A DNA stretch of 64,000 bases from Rhizophagus irregularis (Eukaryota), in contig NC_089431.1 of NCBI RefSeq assembly GCF_026210795.1, forward strand, positions 4,712,001-4,776,000. The letters run 5' to 3'. Positions 26,923-36,013 of this stretch are shown here, piece by piece. How positions within the stretch are numbered: position 1 is the stretch's first letter; each line of letters opens with the position of its first letter. The notes under the pieces were generated by a model. It did no database searches. It was not told the DNA's origin and saw only the letters and a program-made list of their open reading frames with translations. The position numbers and the translations under genes are program-made.

Positions 26923-27041
26923 CCTGTCATCTATGTGGAGCAAGTTTTGACTTTCCCTCTAAGTTAAAGCGTCATCTTGCTAGGAAAAATCCATGTGTTT
27001 CCCAAACTTCTGCGGCAATGATGGGTAGTGGCGGGCAGTGA
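26889..27041 (+). CDS. Small C2HC/C2H2-type zinc finger ORF with no upstream ATG, in -1 frame behind the protease
   Basis: LTCHLCGASFDFPSKLKRHLARKNPC; overlaps the protease end at TTA AAA AAA ATT. Confidence 0.55.
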   Translation, partial: LKKNSHSRGRLTCHLCGASFDFPSKLKRHLARKNPCVSQTSAAMMGSGGQ

Positions 27042-27111
27042 CAGGGCAGTGCCCAAATTTTTTCGGCAGTGACGGGCAGTAACAGGGCAGTGCCCAAATG
27101 TTTTGGCAGTG
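27013..27111 (+). repeat. GGCAGT repeat cluster
   Basis: About seven GGCAGT(G) copies within two longer duplicated units, between convergent genes. Confidence 0.7.
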
Positions 27112-27128
27112 ATTAGCCTTTACAAATA

Positions 27129-27367
27129 TTACATTTGCCATGTTACTCTGATTTCTAGGTCTTTACGGGTTTCTATGAGTTTTTCAATGGCATTTTTATT
27201 TTTAAAATATCGACTATATCTGATATCTAGCTTTTGAAGGTTTGGTAATATATGCAGGATTTCACTTAGCAAATCTCTAACGTCACCTTTTCCACCATAG
27301 TATTGATAATCTATTATGCTAAGTTCCTGGATATTGGGGCAAGCTTGTAGCATTTTTACAATACAGA
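27129..27367 (-). pseudogene. 3' half of F-box/LRR-like gene of element A, split by element B
   Basis: CIVKMLQACPNIQELSI...LPNLQKLDI; joins in frame with 42664-42937 across the ACAGA TSD. Confidence 0.85.
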
Positions 27368-27854
27368 GTCGTCGGGCTGGTAGTGTAGTCACTAACGTTC
27401 CTCCACCTCGGCCAGGGCCTTGCAGTACCTACATCCCCCCTCCGTGGGGCAGGTTTACCTGCCACAGTACCATGGTCTGCCACGGTATTTTTCCACTTTT
27501 TTTTTTTTCTACATTTTTTCTTATATATAACTTACTATGACAACTATGGCAACTATGGCAGAGTACTTAAAAATGGAATAAAAACGCGAATAAAGCCGAA
27601 ATCAAACAGAATCTCCTGCCATAGTACCTGCCATAGTACGAAAAATCTTATAATAATACTATGGCAGCCTTAGTCAGCCCCTCAGACCCCAAAACCCGAT
27701 TCACGCTATGATTACCCTTTATATACTCACCTAGACCCTCCAAGTATGATTCCCTATGTCCTGAACTATGGCACCCGAACTATGGCAGCCGAACTATGAC
27801 CACTTACCCCGTCAGAAAAAATATATTCGGCAATTGAAGATTAGGTAACTATAA
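27368..27854 (+). repeat. Left TIR of element B (487 bp)
   Basis: Reverse complement of 42144-42658; contains ACTATGGCA repeats in both orientations and three 14-bp GAACTATG units. Confidence 0.93.
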
Positions 27855-27882
27855 ATTAGTACTCGATTTGATAGAACAAAAA

Positions 27883-30360
27883 ATGGCCGCTCAAGTTCCA
27901 GCAATCTTTAACCCCAACAACCGTTTCTTCTACGATGACCTTCTTAAAAAATGTGTAGGTACACACACGAAAGAAAGCGTCAATTCAGCAATCTTGGCTT
28001 CTGTGGCTTTCATCACCACAAAATCCGGCATGTGGATTAGAAAAAAGAAGGCTTACAATGGAAGCATATACTTCGAGTTCGCCGCAGATCTTAAGGGGAT
28101 TTCTACTAAGCACAAGGTAATTATTCGGTCAGATACCGGAGAAGACAGTGACGTGACCACATCCACCAAATTAAAGGATCTTCTTCTCCAAGCATCAATC
28201 GCAAAGATCTGTTATACAGATGTAAACTTCATGCCTTATCCCCCAAATGCGCCAAAGTATAATCCTGAATTCTTCAATCTCTTCCTAGGTTTCAGGGCCC
28301 AACCCGCTAAGCGCATCAAACCAAACCTAGTTAATCCAATCATCCGACACGTTCATGAGGTATGGTGTGCAGAGGACAAGCAATTAACTATATACATCCT
28401 CAACTGGCTCGCATTTCTAATTCAAAATCCAGACAAAAAACCCGGTACAGCAATTATCATGCGCAGTCCCCCCAGATGTGGTAAGAATATCTTAACCGAT
28501 TTTATCGGAGAACGTATTCTCGGCCGTGAAAATTTCCTCTCCACTACTCGTCTTGAAGATGTAATGGGAAGGTTCAATGTGGCTGTTCGTGCCAAAAAAC
28601 TTATCATCCTCAATGAATGCGATATGTCAGGCAAGGAATGGCACGGGGCAAACAACCGACTCAAGAGTTTAATCACCGAGCCTTACATCTCTATTGAGGA
28701 AAAGGGGATAGATGTGAAGGTTATTGATGACTTTGCTGGCTACATGATCCTCAGTAATCATGCTATGCCAATCCGCATAGAAATGGGAGATGAAAGATTT
28801 GTAGCTCTCAACGTCTCAGCCAAATATAAGGGCAATAGAGAATACTTCGGTTCTCTCGTAAAAGTATTAGAAAATCCGGATACAGCCAGTTCCTTCATGT
28901 CCTATCTACTTAGCCGAGACTTAACTGGCTTCAATCCCCGATCTATTCCTGATACTCAAATGAAACGGGAGTTAATTGAAGCAAGTATCCCGAATCCCCA
29001 GCGTTTTATACAATATTACCTTGAAATGATGTGGCCCGACAATTGCGACACACTTGAAATCCCGTGTACAAATTTCTATAGCACTTACCAGAATTGGTGC
29101 AGTGAGAAGGGTGAAAACAAAACACTAAGTGACAATAAATTCGGTATGGAGATTAAACAATTCGCCCCTAAAATGCGTGTAAGCCGCTCAGGTACCCGAA
29201 TAAACTATTACATACTAGATAAAGCAAAAATCGTGGAGAATTTTAGTAAAGTAATCCAAGATGTACAAGACGTACAGGAAGCACCAGTAGAGGGAGTAGA
29301 GTTAGTTGCCGAGAAACCCGCTGAGGAAAAACCCGCTGAGAAAAAACCCGAACCCGCTGAGGAAAAACCCACTGAGAAAAAACCCGAACCCGCTGAGGAA
29401 AAACCCGCTGAGAAAAAACCCGAACCCGCTGAGGAAAAACCTGCACCTGTAATTCGCAAGACTCCTCCACCACTTCCACCCAAGCCTGACCACTTAAAAG
29501 AACGTCCACAAGAGTTAAGAAAAGAACAACCAGATCCCGATGAAGATACTAATGAGTCAAACACCGATAAATCTATAGATAACTTTTCAGATTGTTATTT
29601 ATCTGACGAGGAACCCGACCAAGAAGAACCTATCCCCGAGCCAGATAACTACGACGTTTTAGATGACTTGCTATCTGACTCAGATTTTACAACTGTGAAC
29701 CCAGCTGCTGAACAACAACCCGAGTATCCCGCAGAATCTTCTGCATCTGTCACTAAGCCTGACCCAGAACCGGCTTCTGAAGAGCAATTTATCCCAGAAC
29801 CCGACACAGAACCAGAAGTTGACCGGGATCCTGAACCAAAGGAAGGCACTCGAGCGCACTGGGCTTGGCAAGAAAGACACCGATGGGATCGCAAACCATG
29901 GGTTAAAAATTTAAAGGACCAGGTCTTCAATGATCTCTACAATACAGGTAAGGAATTATGGGCCAAGTACCAAGATGCGTCAGACGAATATGACTGGGAA
30001 ATACTCGCGTTTGAAATAGAGGAATGTCCCACAACGCGTATTGAGGACGAGTACCAGTACTACCTTATGGAGGTAGTAGACCGCTTCAAGGACTGGATTG
30101 AATATAATGGATACTTACCTAAAATACCTAGCCGTAAAGAACTCGCAGATTTAATAAGAATATACAAGGAGAATCGTAATGCCGAGATTATTCCCACCCC
30201 CTCTGGTTATGAAACTATGAGGGCAGATAAGGGTAAAGCGCGAGAGATCCCCGAGGAACGTCCAAAAACTGATATGGAACGTGAATGGGAGGCCGCCAAT
30301 GGAATCATCGATGACTGGGACGAAGAGGATACTGAGGGCGCTATCAACGACATATTGTAA
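27883..30360 (+). CDS. D5-like/SF3-type helicase NTPase with winged helix and long acidic, Pro-rich tail (element B)
   Basis: FNLFLGF, WLAFLIQNP, SPPRCGKN (Walker A variant), LIILNE (Walker B), LKSLIT, ILSNH and ERF; PAEEKPAEKKPE repeats at ~29310-29445. Confidence 0.85.
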   Translation: MAAQVPAIFNPNNRFFYDDLLKKCVGTHTKESVNSAILASVAFITTKSGMWIRKKKAYNGSIYFEFAADLKGISTKHKVIIRSDTGEDSDVTTSTKLKDLLLQASIAKICYTDVNFMPYPPNAPKYNPEFFNLFLGFRAQPAKRIKPNLVNPIIRHVHEVWCAEDKQLTIYILNWLAFLIQNPDKKPGTAIIMRSPPRCGKNILTDFIGERILGRENFLSTTRLEDVMGRFNVAVRAKKLIILNECDMSGKEWHGANNRLKSLITEPYISIEEKGIDVKVIDDFAGYMILSNHAMPIRIEMGDERFVALNVSAKYKGNREYFGSLVKVLENPDTASSFMSYLLSRDLTGFNPRSIPDTQMKRELIEASIPNPQRFIQYYLEMMWPDNCDTLEIPCTNFYSTYQNWCSEKGENKTLSDNKFGMEIKQFAPKMRVSRSGTRINYYILDKAKIVENFSKVIQDVQDVQEAPVEGVELVAEKPAEEKPAEKKPEPAEEKPTEKKPEPAEEKPAEKKPEPAEEKPAPVIRKTPPPLPPKPDHLKERPQELRKEQPDPDEDTNESNTDKSIDNFSDCYLSDEEPDQEEPIPEPDNYDVLDDLLSDSDFTTVNPAAEQQPEYPAESSASVTKPDPEPASEEQFIPEPDTEPEVDRDPEPKEGTRAHWAWQERHRWDRKPWVKNLKDQVFNDLYNTGKELWAKYQDASDEYDWEILAFEIEECPTTRIEDEYQYYLMEVVDRFKDWIEYNGYLPKIPSRKELADLIRIYKENRNAEIIPTPSGYETMRADKGKAREIPEERPKTDMEREWEAANGIIDDWDEEDTEGAINDIL

Positions 30361-30444
30361 GCGCTATTTGAGATTATTTCTTTTTTTTTCGTATATATAT
30401 AGAAAGATATTATTTATAGTTGAAGACAAATCATATACATAAAA

Positions 30445-32297
30445 ATGCAATACTCAAGAATTGCCCGCACTTTACCAACACGACCTGACATCAAGGAACT
30501 TCAGTATTCCGGTGCTCGCTTTTCCAGAGGAGCTATCGCCAGACTCGGTCAGACTCTCCAGACGCGATTTCCAGATAGAAAGTTCCAGATCCTACTTCCC
30601 TATGAAAACTGGAAACCCGGTGGATGGACATCAGGAAACCAACCAGCCAGCCTCTTTTCACTATTAGACCATTATGATGAAGCACAACTACCGGATGACG
30701 CAGACCCTGATTATTTTGAACGATTCATAATTTATGCAAGAGATAGTCCACCGGCCGCAGGAGGATGCAATGGGGAGCTAAATGATTGCCTGTATGAATG
30801 CCTAAAAAATATTTACGGCACATTCTCTAAAATGCTAAAGTCAATCGAAAAGCCCGAGTATATCAAAAAGGCATTAGGTCTCAATCGCGATGCTCCCATC
30901 CCAGTTTCATGCATGGACAAGGTTGAACAACTCGCAGGAAGTCTCGCAATTAATATTGTGGGGGACATTACCCGAATCTCTAAGAGTAAGTCCGATAGAC
31001 GTGCGACTCTCATCCTATCAGAAGGCCATTACTCCCTCACGTTAAATCCTGGAAGACTCCACCCCAGTAAAATAGATAAAAAGCGTAATTTACCCATTGT
31101 ATACCATGAAGATGGGACCAATAATGTAGTCACAATATACAACGGCAAAACAGTTAAGTCTTGCACAATTGCGCAGTTTCAAAAAACTAAGAATTCCAAA
31201 AGTTCTTTCATCCCCGTCGAGAAAAACCGTAAGACTGGAGTATATGAAACTCTTGAAGAAGCATATCAGAGAATCCACGAGGAGCGGAATTCCTTTCTAC
31301 AGGAGACAAAGAAGTTCGGTTTAGGAATCGACTTATCATACCATAACTGGTCTTACAAAAGAACGGCTCTCTGGTTATTCGAACGATTAAGTGTAGGAAT
31401 TCCAGCCAATGATCCTCTTGACCCGATAGAAGCGGAGTGGTTAAGTGATGCAATGATGGGAGGATTAATCTGGGCAGATAACGAGTGGAAGGGCTATGGA
31501 AGACAGTATGACGCAACAAGTTTATACCCGAGTATCCAACAATCAAACGCGAACTTTCCAATCAGACGGGGTAAATTCCAGACACTTAATGACTTTGTCG
31601 ACCACAGGGGTTATGCCTTGTATGGATTATTCCGTGCCAAAATAAGTGGGAATAATATTCTCTTCCGACAGAATAAAAGGGGAATCTATACATTCATCGA
31701 CTTACAACGAGCAAAAAAACTTGGTCTCAATATACAGTTAATACAGGATGGGAAGCCAAATGCATTGATATATGATAGAGAAGCGAGAATCCCTGGAACT
31801 GTAATATTCGGTAAGTATGTACACTTCCTCTTCAAAATTAAAAACCAGGGTGGCATAGCTGGCCGCGTGGCAAAGCGAGTCCTCAACACATTATGGGAGC
31901 ATTATGCCAGAGGAAGCGTAATTACAAGACACTCACCACAGATCAAACAGATCCATTCAAGTTTCCAGAAGGCCACACACTTGACTCCATCGTACCAGTA
32001 GGATCTGACCAGTGGCGATTCCAGTTTACAAACCCGGGTAATCCCTTCAAAGGTGAGTATCCCAGGATCGCCCCATTCTTATTAGCACGTGGTCGCAAAA
32101 TCACATCTGAGGCAATTCAACCATACAAGGATAAAGTACGACGTATCCATACAGACGGATTTATTTTAGAAGAACAGCCAGATAGCCCCGCGGTTTTCAC
32201 TTGTTCAGAGAATGCAGATACGACTCTAAAGACTTTCAAGTTTGAAACCGCGGGATACTGCCATGTGAAAAATGCGAACAAGGTTATCTGGACATGA
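30445..32297 (+). pseudogene. Compact family B DNA polymerase (protein-primed-like), single frameshift near 31895 (element B)
   Basis: MGGL, YDATSLYPS (motif A), KRVLNTLW/GAL (motif B, split by frameshift) and IHTDGF (motif C); no clear exonuclease motifs. Confidence 0.85.
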
Positions 32298-32360
32298 TTG
32301 CTAGGGACCGGTATGTATATTTTTTACTGACATATCGTGATGGCATAATTGAATAAACCT

Positions 32361-32885
32361 ATGGGATATGTAATCTTACGAGATACCCAAATGCAAAACA
32401 CCGACGGATTAGGTAGACAAGACGACGAAAGTTTCCACGCGTGGGCTAAGCGCATTCAGAATGCTGTGCAATATTATGAGACTTGTAGTAGAATAGGTTT
32501 TCATAGGCGGCTACCTTATCCAAGGTCTCGTCAAGCTGTATATGCTTATATTGTGCACATTAGGAGAATAGTATCACGACTACCAAATAGGTGGTACTGT
32601 ACCTACTGTAAATCTTTTATTGATCGCAGATGGGGAGCTGACGCTTTCATGGATCAAGCGGTGCGACTACATTTATATAGTTGCCCAAAGCATTTTAATT
32701 TTGACTATTATACTCATCATGCTGAAATGATCCAGAATGCCTTTAGGAGATATATAGAAAGAAGGAACAATAAAGCGGCTAGGATAATCCAGAAAGTCGC
32801 TATCCCCTGGTTATATAGACCAGGCTCTCCATTGATGCAAAAGGCCGAGCGACGCTTCTACTGTCTTGCAGTATCCCAAGTGTAA
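32361..32885 (+). CDS. Hypothetical protein with Zn-finger-like CxxC..H..C and IQ-like motifs (element B)
   Basis: CTYC...HLYSC; MIQNAFRRY and ARIIQKVAIPWLYRPG. Start could be 32391. Confidence 0.6.
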   Translation: MGYVILRDTQMQNTDGLGRQDDESFHAWAKRIQNAVQYYETCSRIGFHRRLPYPRSRQAVYAYIVHIRRIVSRLPNRWYCTYCKSFIDRRWGADAFMDQAVRLHLYSCPKHFNFDYYTHHAEMIQNAFRRYIERRNNKAARIIQKVAIPWLYRPGSPLMQKAERRFYCLAVSQV

Positions 32886-32967
32886 ACCCCGAGGTTCATA
32901 TTTATTTTTTCTCATTCGAATGAACAGGTAACTGAAGATTTATATTTTTTACAAAGTACAAAGAATC

Positions 32968-33438
32968 ATGTCAACATATACCGAATTCGCAAGCATTGTT
33001 AACAGCACTGACAGCACTAGTGAGGAGGTTATTTACGAGGCATCGCGCATTCAGCCTAATGTTGTCTCTGACGAAACTGTCCCCAAGATTATCCGCGCAT
33101 TAAAAGATACTATAGTAATCGCATTAGTATCTGGGTTTAGCAAAACCAGTTACCTCGTCCAGGACCACGTGAAGTATATCAAGCGAATCCAAACGGCAAA
33201 TTCTCCTGTATCATATGTGAAGTTCGTGGCCAGAAAACTCTTCCCAGATAATGCGGCATATACTGCTAAAATAGCAAAAATCCGCGAATCATACAAGAAT
33301 AAACAAGCTCTCCTAGATAAGCTTGAGGCCCTCTTCGAATTGTATTATAATGCGACTAAGGACTCATCAACCGGTCTCCCAAAGCGAGCTATTACTAAAA
33401 ACGAGGCTGAGAAAACCTTAACAGAACTTCTTGCATAA
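32968..33438 (+). CDS. Hypothetical protein (element B)
   Basis: 156-aa intronless ORF, co-oriented with neighbours, upstream AACTGAAGA motif and downstream T-run. Confidence 0.7.
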   Translation: MSTYTEFASIVNSTDSTSEEVIYEASRIQPNVVSDETVPKIIRALKDTIVIALVSGFSKTSYLVQDHVKYIKRIQTANSPVSYVKFVARKLFPDNAAYTAKIAKIRESYKNKQALLDKLEALFELYYNATKDSSTGLPKRAITKNEAEKTLTELLA

Positions 33439-33547
33439 GCGGCTCCTGTGGTCCTACGATTCTGTACGAATTTAGTCTATATTTTTTATCCATATGTAAT
33501 AGGCATACAGTAATTGAAGATAGCTATAGTATAAGTAACATAACATC

Positions 33548-33952
33548 ATGTTGGACCGATTACCAGTAGAAATAGTCGAACGCATTGTCGCAAAGATCCC
33601 AGATACTGACCTTATTGCAGCGAGTAAGGTAGATAGAGTGTGGTGGCAGGAAGTTCGTCGAGAGGCATATAAGAAGTGGAAAAATTATGCCACTACGATC
33701 GGGGATGTGTACTGTGAAATCCGAGCTCTCGGAAAGCATTATATAAAGAGGGAAATTGACTGGATAACGTTTGAAGATGTAAACGACCTCTATAAAAGAT
33801 GGATAAACCGCCTCACCGAGGATCAGCTTTATATTATGGAGAAAATGCTTAGGAATGGGATGGTCGTGGACCCCCAAGAGAGGGAAACCATAGAGCATGC
33901 ATTAAGTGAACAAAGATGGGGAGGCGATCCTTGGAGACTGGGAGTGGTATGA
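33548..33952 (+). CDS. F-box protein (element B)
   Basis: MLDRLPVEIVERIVAKIP...ASKVDRVW F-box pattern. Confidence 0.8.
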   Translation: MLDRLPVEIVERIVAKIPDTDLIAASKVDRVWWQEVRREAYKKWKNYATTIGDVYCEIRALGKHYIKREIDWITFEDVNDLYKRWINRLTEDQLYIMEKMLRNGMVVDPQERETIEHALSEQRWGGDPWRLGVV

Positions 33953-34377
33953 ATGGACTCAACAGGAGTAAGCATTTTGTACTTGACTTTCGTAGGAATT
34001 ACCCTGCAGAGTCATATTTTTTAGATCCGGCCGGCATTACCGCGTAATCCCGAATTACCGAAAAAGGAAATTTATGTTACACAAGATTCCAAACGCATTT
34101 TTACCAAAATCGATTTTTTGTGGAACTGGTATCGCCCAAAAAGGAAATGATCTACGTACCACATGAAGTCACGTGACACTCTACACATTTGTTCAGGGTA
34201 TCACGTGACATGAACTCCGTTCACATTTTCTGTAATATAATCCATAGTTTTTCCATGAATGCTTTTTAGGCCAATAATCCAATAACTTATTCATCAGGTA
34301 TCCTCGTGCTTTGCGACAAGGACTGATGACCATGTAACCTCATCATCAGGCATCCTCGCATTTTTTGACAAGGACTG

Positions 34378-35286
34378 ATGACGATGTCACTTGGTTATTG
34401 TAAATTGAAGATAACAATTAGGTATGTAGACACGTACAGAAAAAAGACATGTACATACCCTTATATAACTAATCCTATAACCGGACGTCCAATCCGTGTT
34501 GGTGGAGATACCTTTAATCGAATAGTTATGGAATCCCATGATTATATCGATGGAAGGCTTGTCCGTAGACAAACCGTACCGCCTCCACCCCAGGAACAAC
34601 CTGTATATTTAAATACAGATACAGGACGCTATATTCAACACGGTACTAGAACGTATCATAGACTGGTTGAGAGTGACTACGAGGTAGTTGAGGACTACTA
34701 CCTTGTTCATTCTGAAGAGGAGGAGCTTATAGAGGAAATCATCAATGAAACACGCTATAATGAGGAAAATCTTGATGGCCAGCGGTTAACTTTCAATAAT
34801 ATACAACAAATCAGAGCCGCTATTCAAGCTGACCAAGATGAATATGATGATTTTATCTTACAGCAGAATACGACTAACGGGACACCTTCCTCCGGTCCTT
34901 CCGGTCGTCCACGAACTTTGGAGGACCATGCCCCGAGACTTGCAGAGCTTAATATTGAGTTGTGTAGGGAATGTCTCATGCCTGTAAGCTAAGGTTGCTT
35001 GCCGAAACCTAGGGGTTTAGGCAAGATGGCGTTTCGCCGAAAAGCGAAATTCTGGCGAAACTATATTAAAGTTATATTAAAAAACTGGCGAAACTTTAGA
35101 GAAAGGCAAAACTGCCGAAACTTATTATAAATGCCGAAACTGCCGAAACTCTGCCGAAACTATAATAAATCTATAGTAAAATTTTGACGAAACTAATCGT
35201 AGGATTTTGAAGAGGTTTAGACAAGCAACCTTACTGTAAGCCCAAGTGACTTAACGGACAAGTTGTGCAAGGACTGCGCTTCCTAA
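34378..35286 (+). pseudogene. Protein with two NPxTGRxI-type repeats and a C-terminal C4 zinc finger, interrupted by a hAT MITE (element B)
   Basis: NPITGRPIRVGG and NTDTGRYIQHG; removing the MITE gives CRECLMPVSPSDLTDKLCKDCAS*. Start uncertain. Confidence 0.75.
34990..35233. mobile_element. hAT MITE (244 bp)
   Basis: TIR TAAGGTTGCTTG, 8-bp TSD CTGTAAGC (34982-34989, 35234-35241), GCCGAAAC subterminal repeats. Confidence 0.92.
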
Positions 35287-35448
35287 TGGTCAGTCCTCCG
35301 GTCCTCTGGTCTTCCGGTCTTTCCAACGGTTGATCCCATTAATGCCAGTTATTTTTTTTTTATACAAATGACAGGTATTTAAAGATAACAATATATAAAA
35401 AAGATTGTGAAGGATACTAAGTGAGTGAATAATCAAAGAAAGATAGCC

Positions 35449-36000
35449 ATGTCAACATCAATCGTAATAAACCAGTGTCAGAACTGTGGAGTATTCTCTG
35501 CAAAAGCGGCATATAGAGGATTATCCAGCGTGTTGTATAGACAGATTATAAAGAAGATTGGTGACGAGAGTGAACCTTTACAAGCCTTGGGACTTGCCAG
35601 GGATAAGTTGGTCCAGATTATCCGTCGGGCAAGTAATGCGGATTTTACACAATTATTCACACAAAGACTAGATATGAAAATTATGGACGGAGATTCATAC
35701 GAGGATACTAGGAAGTGGCTTCTTGAACAGCTTATAGCCATTGGATGTGACAGTGGGGAAATTGCCTTATATCAGTTCTTACGGAATACATACCCGGATG
35801 GTATTGACGAACCCTTTACTACATTCTATGAGAACTATGTAAATCATGTAAGAAATCCGATGACTAAGAACTTTGCTTCTCGAGCCTTAGGAGCTATTGG
35901 ATTAAAAGCTAGGATGCTACGGATTGACTTCGAAGGACGTAAAAAAAGCGCCATGATTCTTAGGGCTTCTGCGGAAGAACTTCGCGAGATGGGTTGCTAA
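35449..36000 (+). CDS. Hypothetical protein, possible C-terminal winged helix (element B)
   Basis: EPFTTFYENY...MTKNFASRAL resembles the D5-type C-terminal wHTH of the neighbouring helicase (weak). Confidence 0.6.
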   Translation: MSTSIVINQCQNCGVFSAKAAYRGLSSVLYRQIIKKIGDESEPLQALGLARDKLVQIIRRASNADFTQLFTQRLDMKIMDGDSYEDTRKWLLEQLIAIGCDSGEIALYQFLRNTYPDGIDEPFTTFYENYVNHVRNPMTKNFASRALGAIGLKARMLRIDFEGRKKSAMILRASAEELREMGC

Positions 36001-36013
36001 AGCAACCAGATTC

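Noticed and set aside
27316..27540. Near-identical small ORFs at 27316-27540 and 42354-42671
   Set aside because: Translations of the two TIRs of element B, not a duplicated gene.
29208..29930. Minus-strand GFSSAGSGFF repeat ORFs
   Set aside because: Antisense of the helicase PAEEK repeat and acidic tail.
32361..36000. Possible jelly-roll major or minor capsid among the orphan ORFs
   Set aside because: These ORFs are short (<210 aa) and look helical or zinc-binding, with no beta-rich capsid pattern. Not formally excluded without structure prediction.
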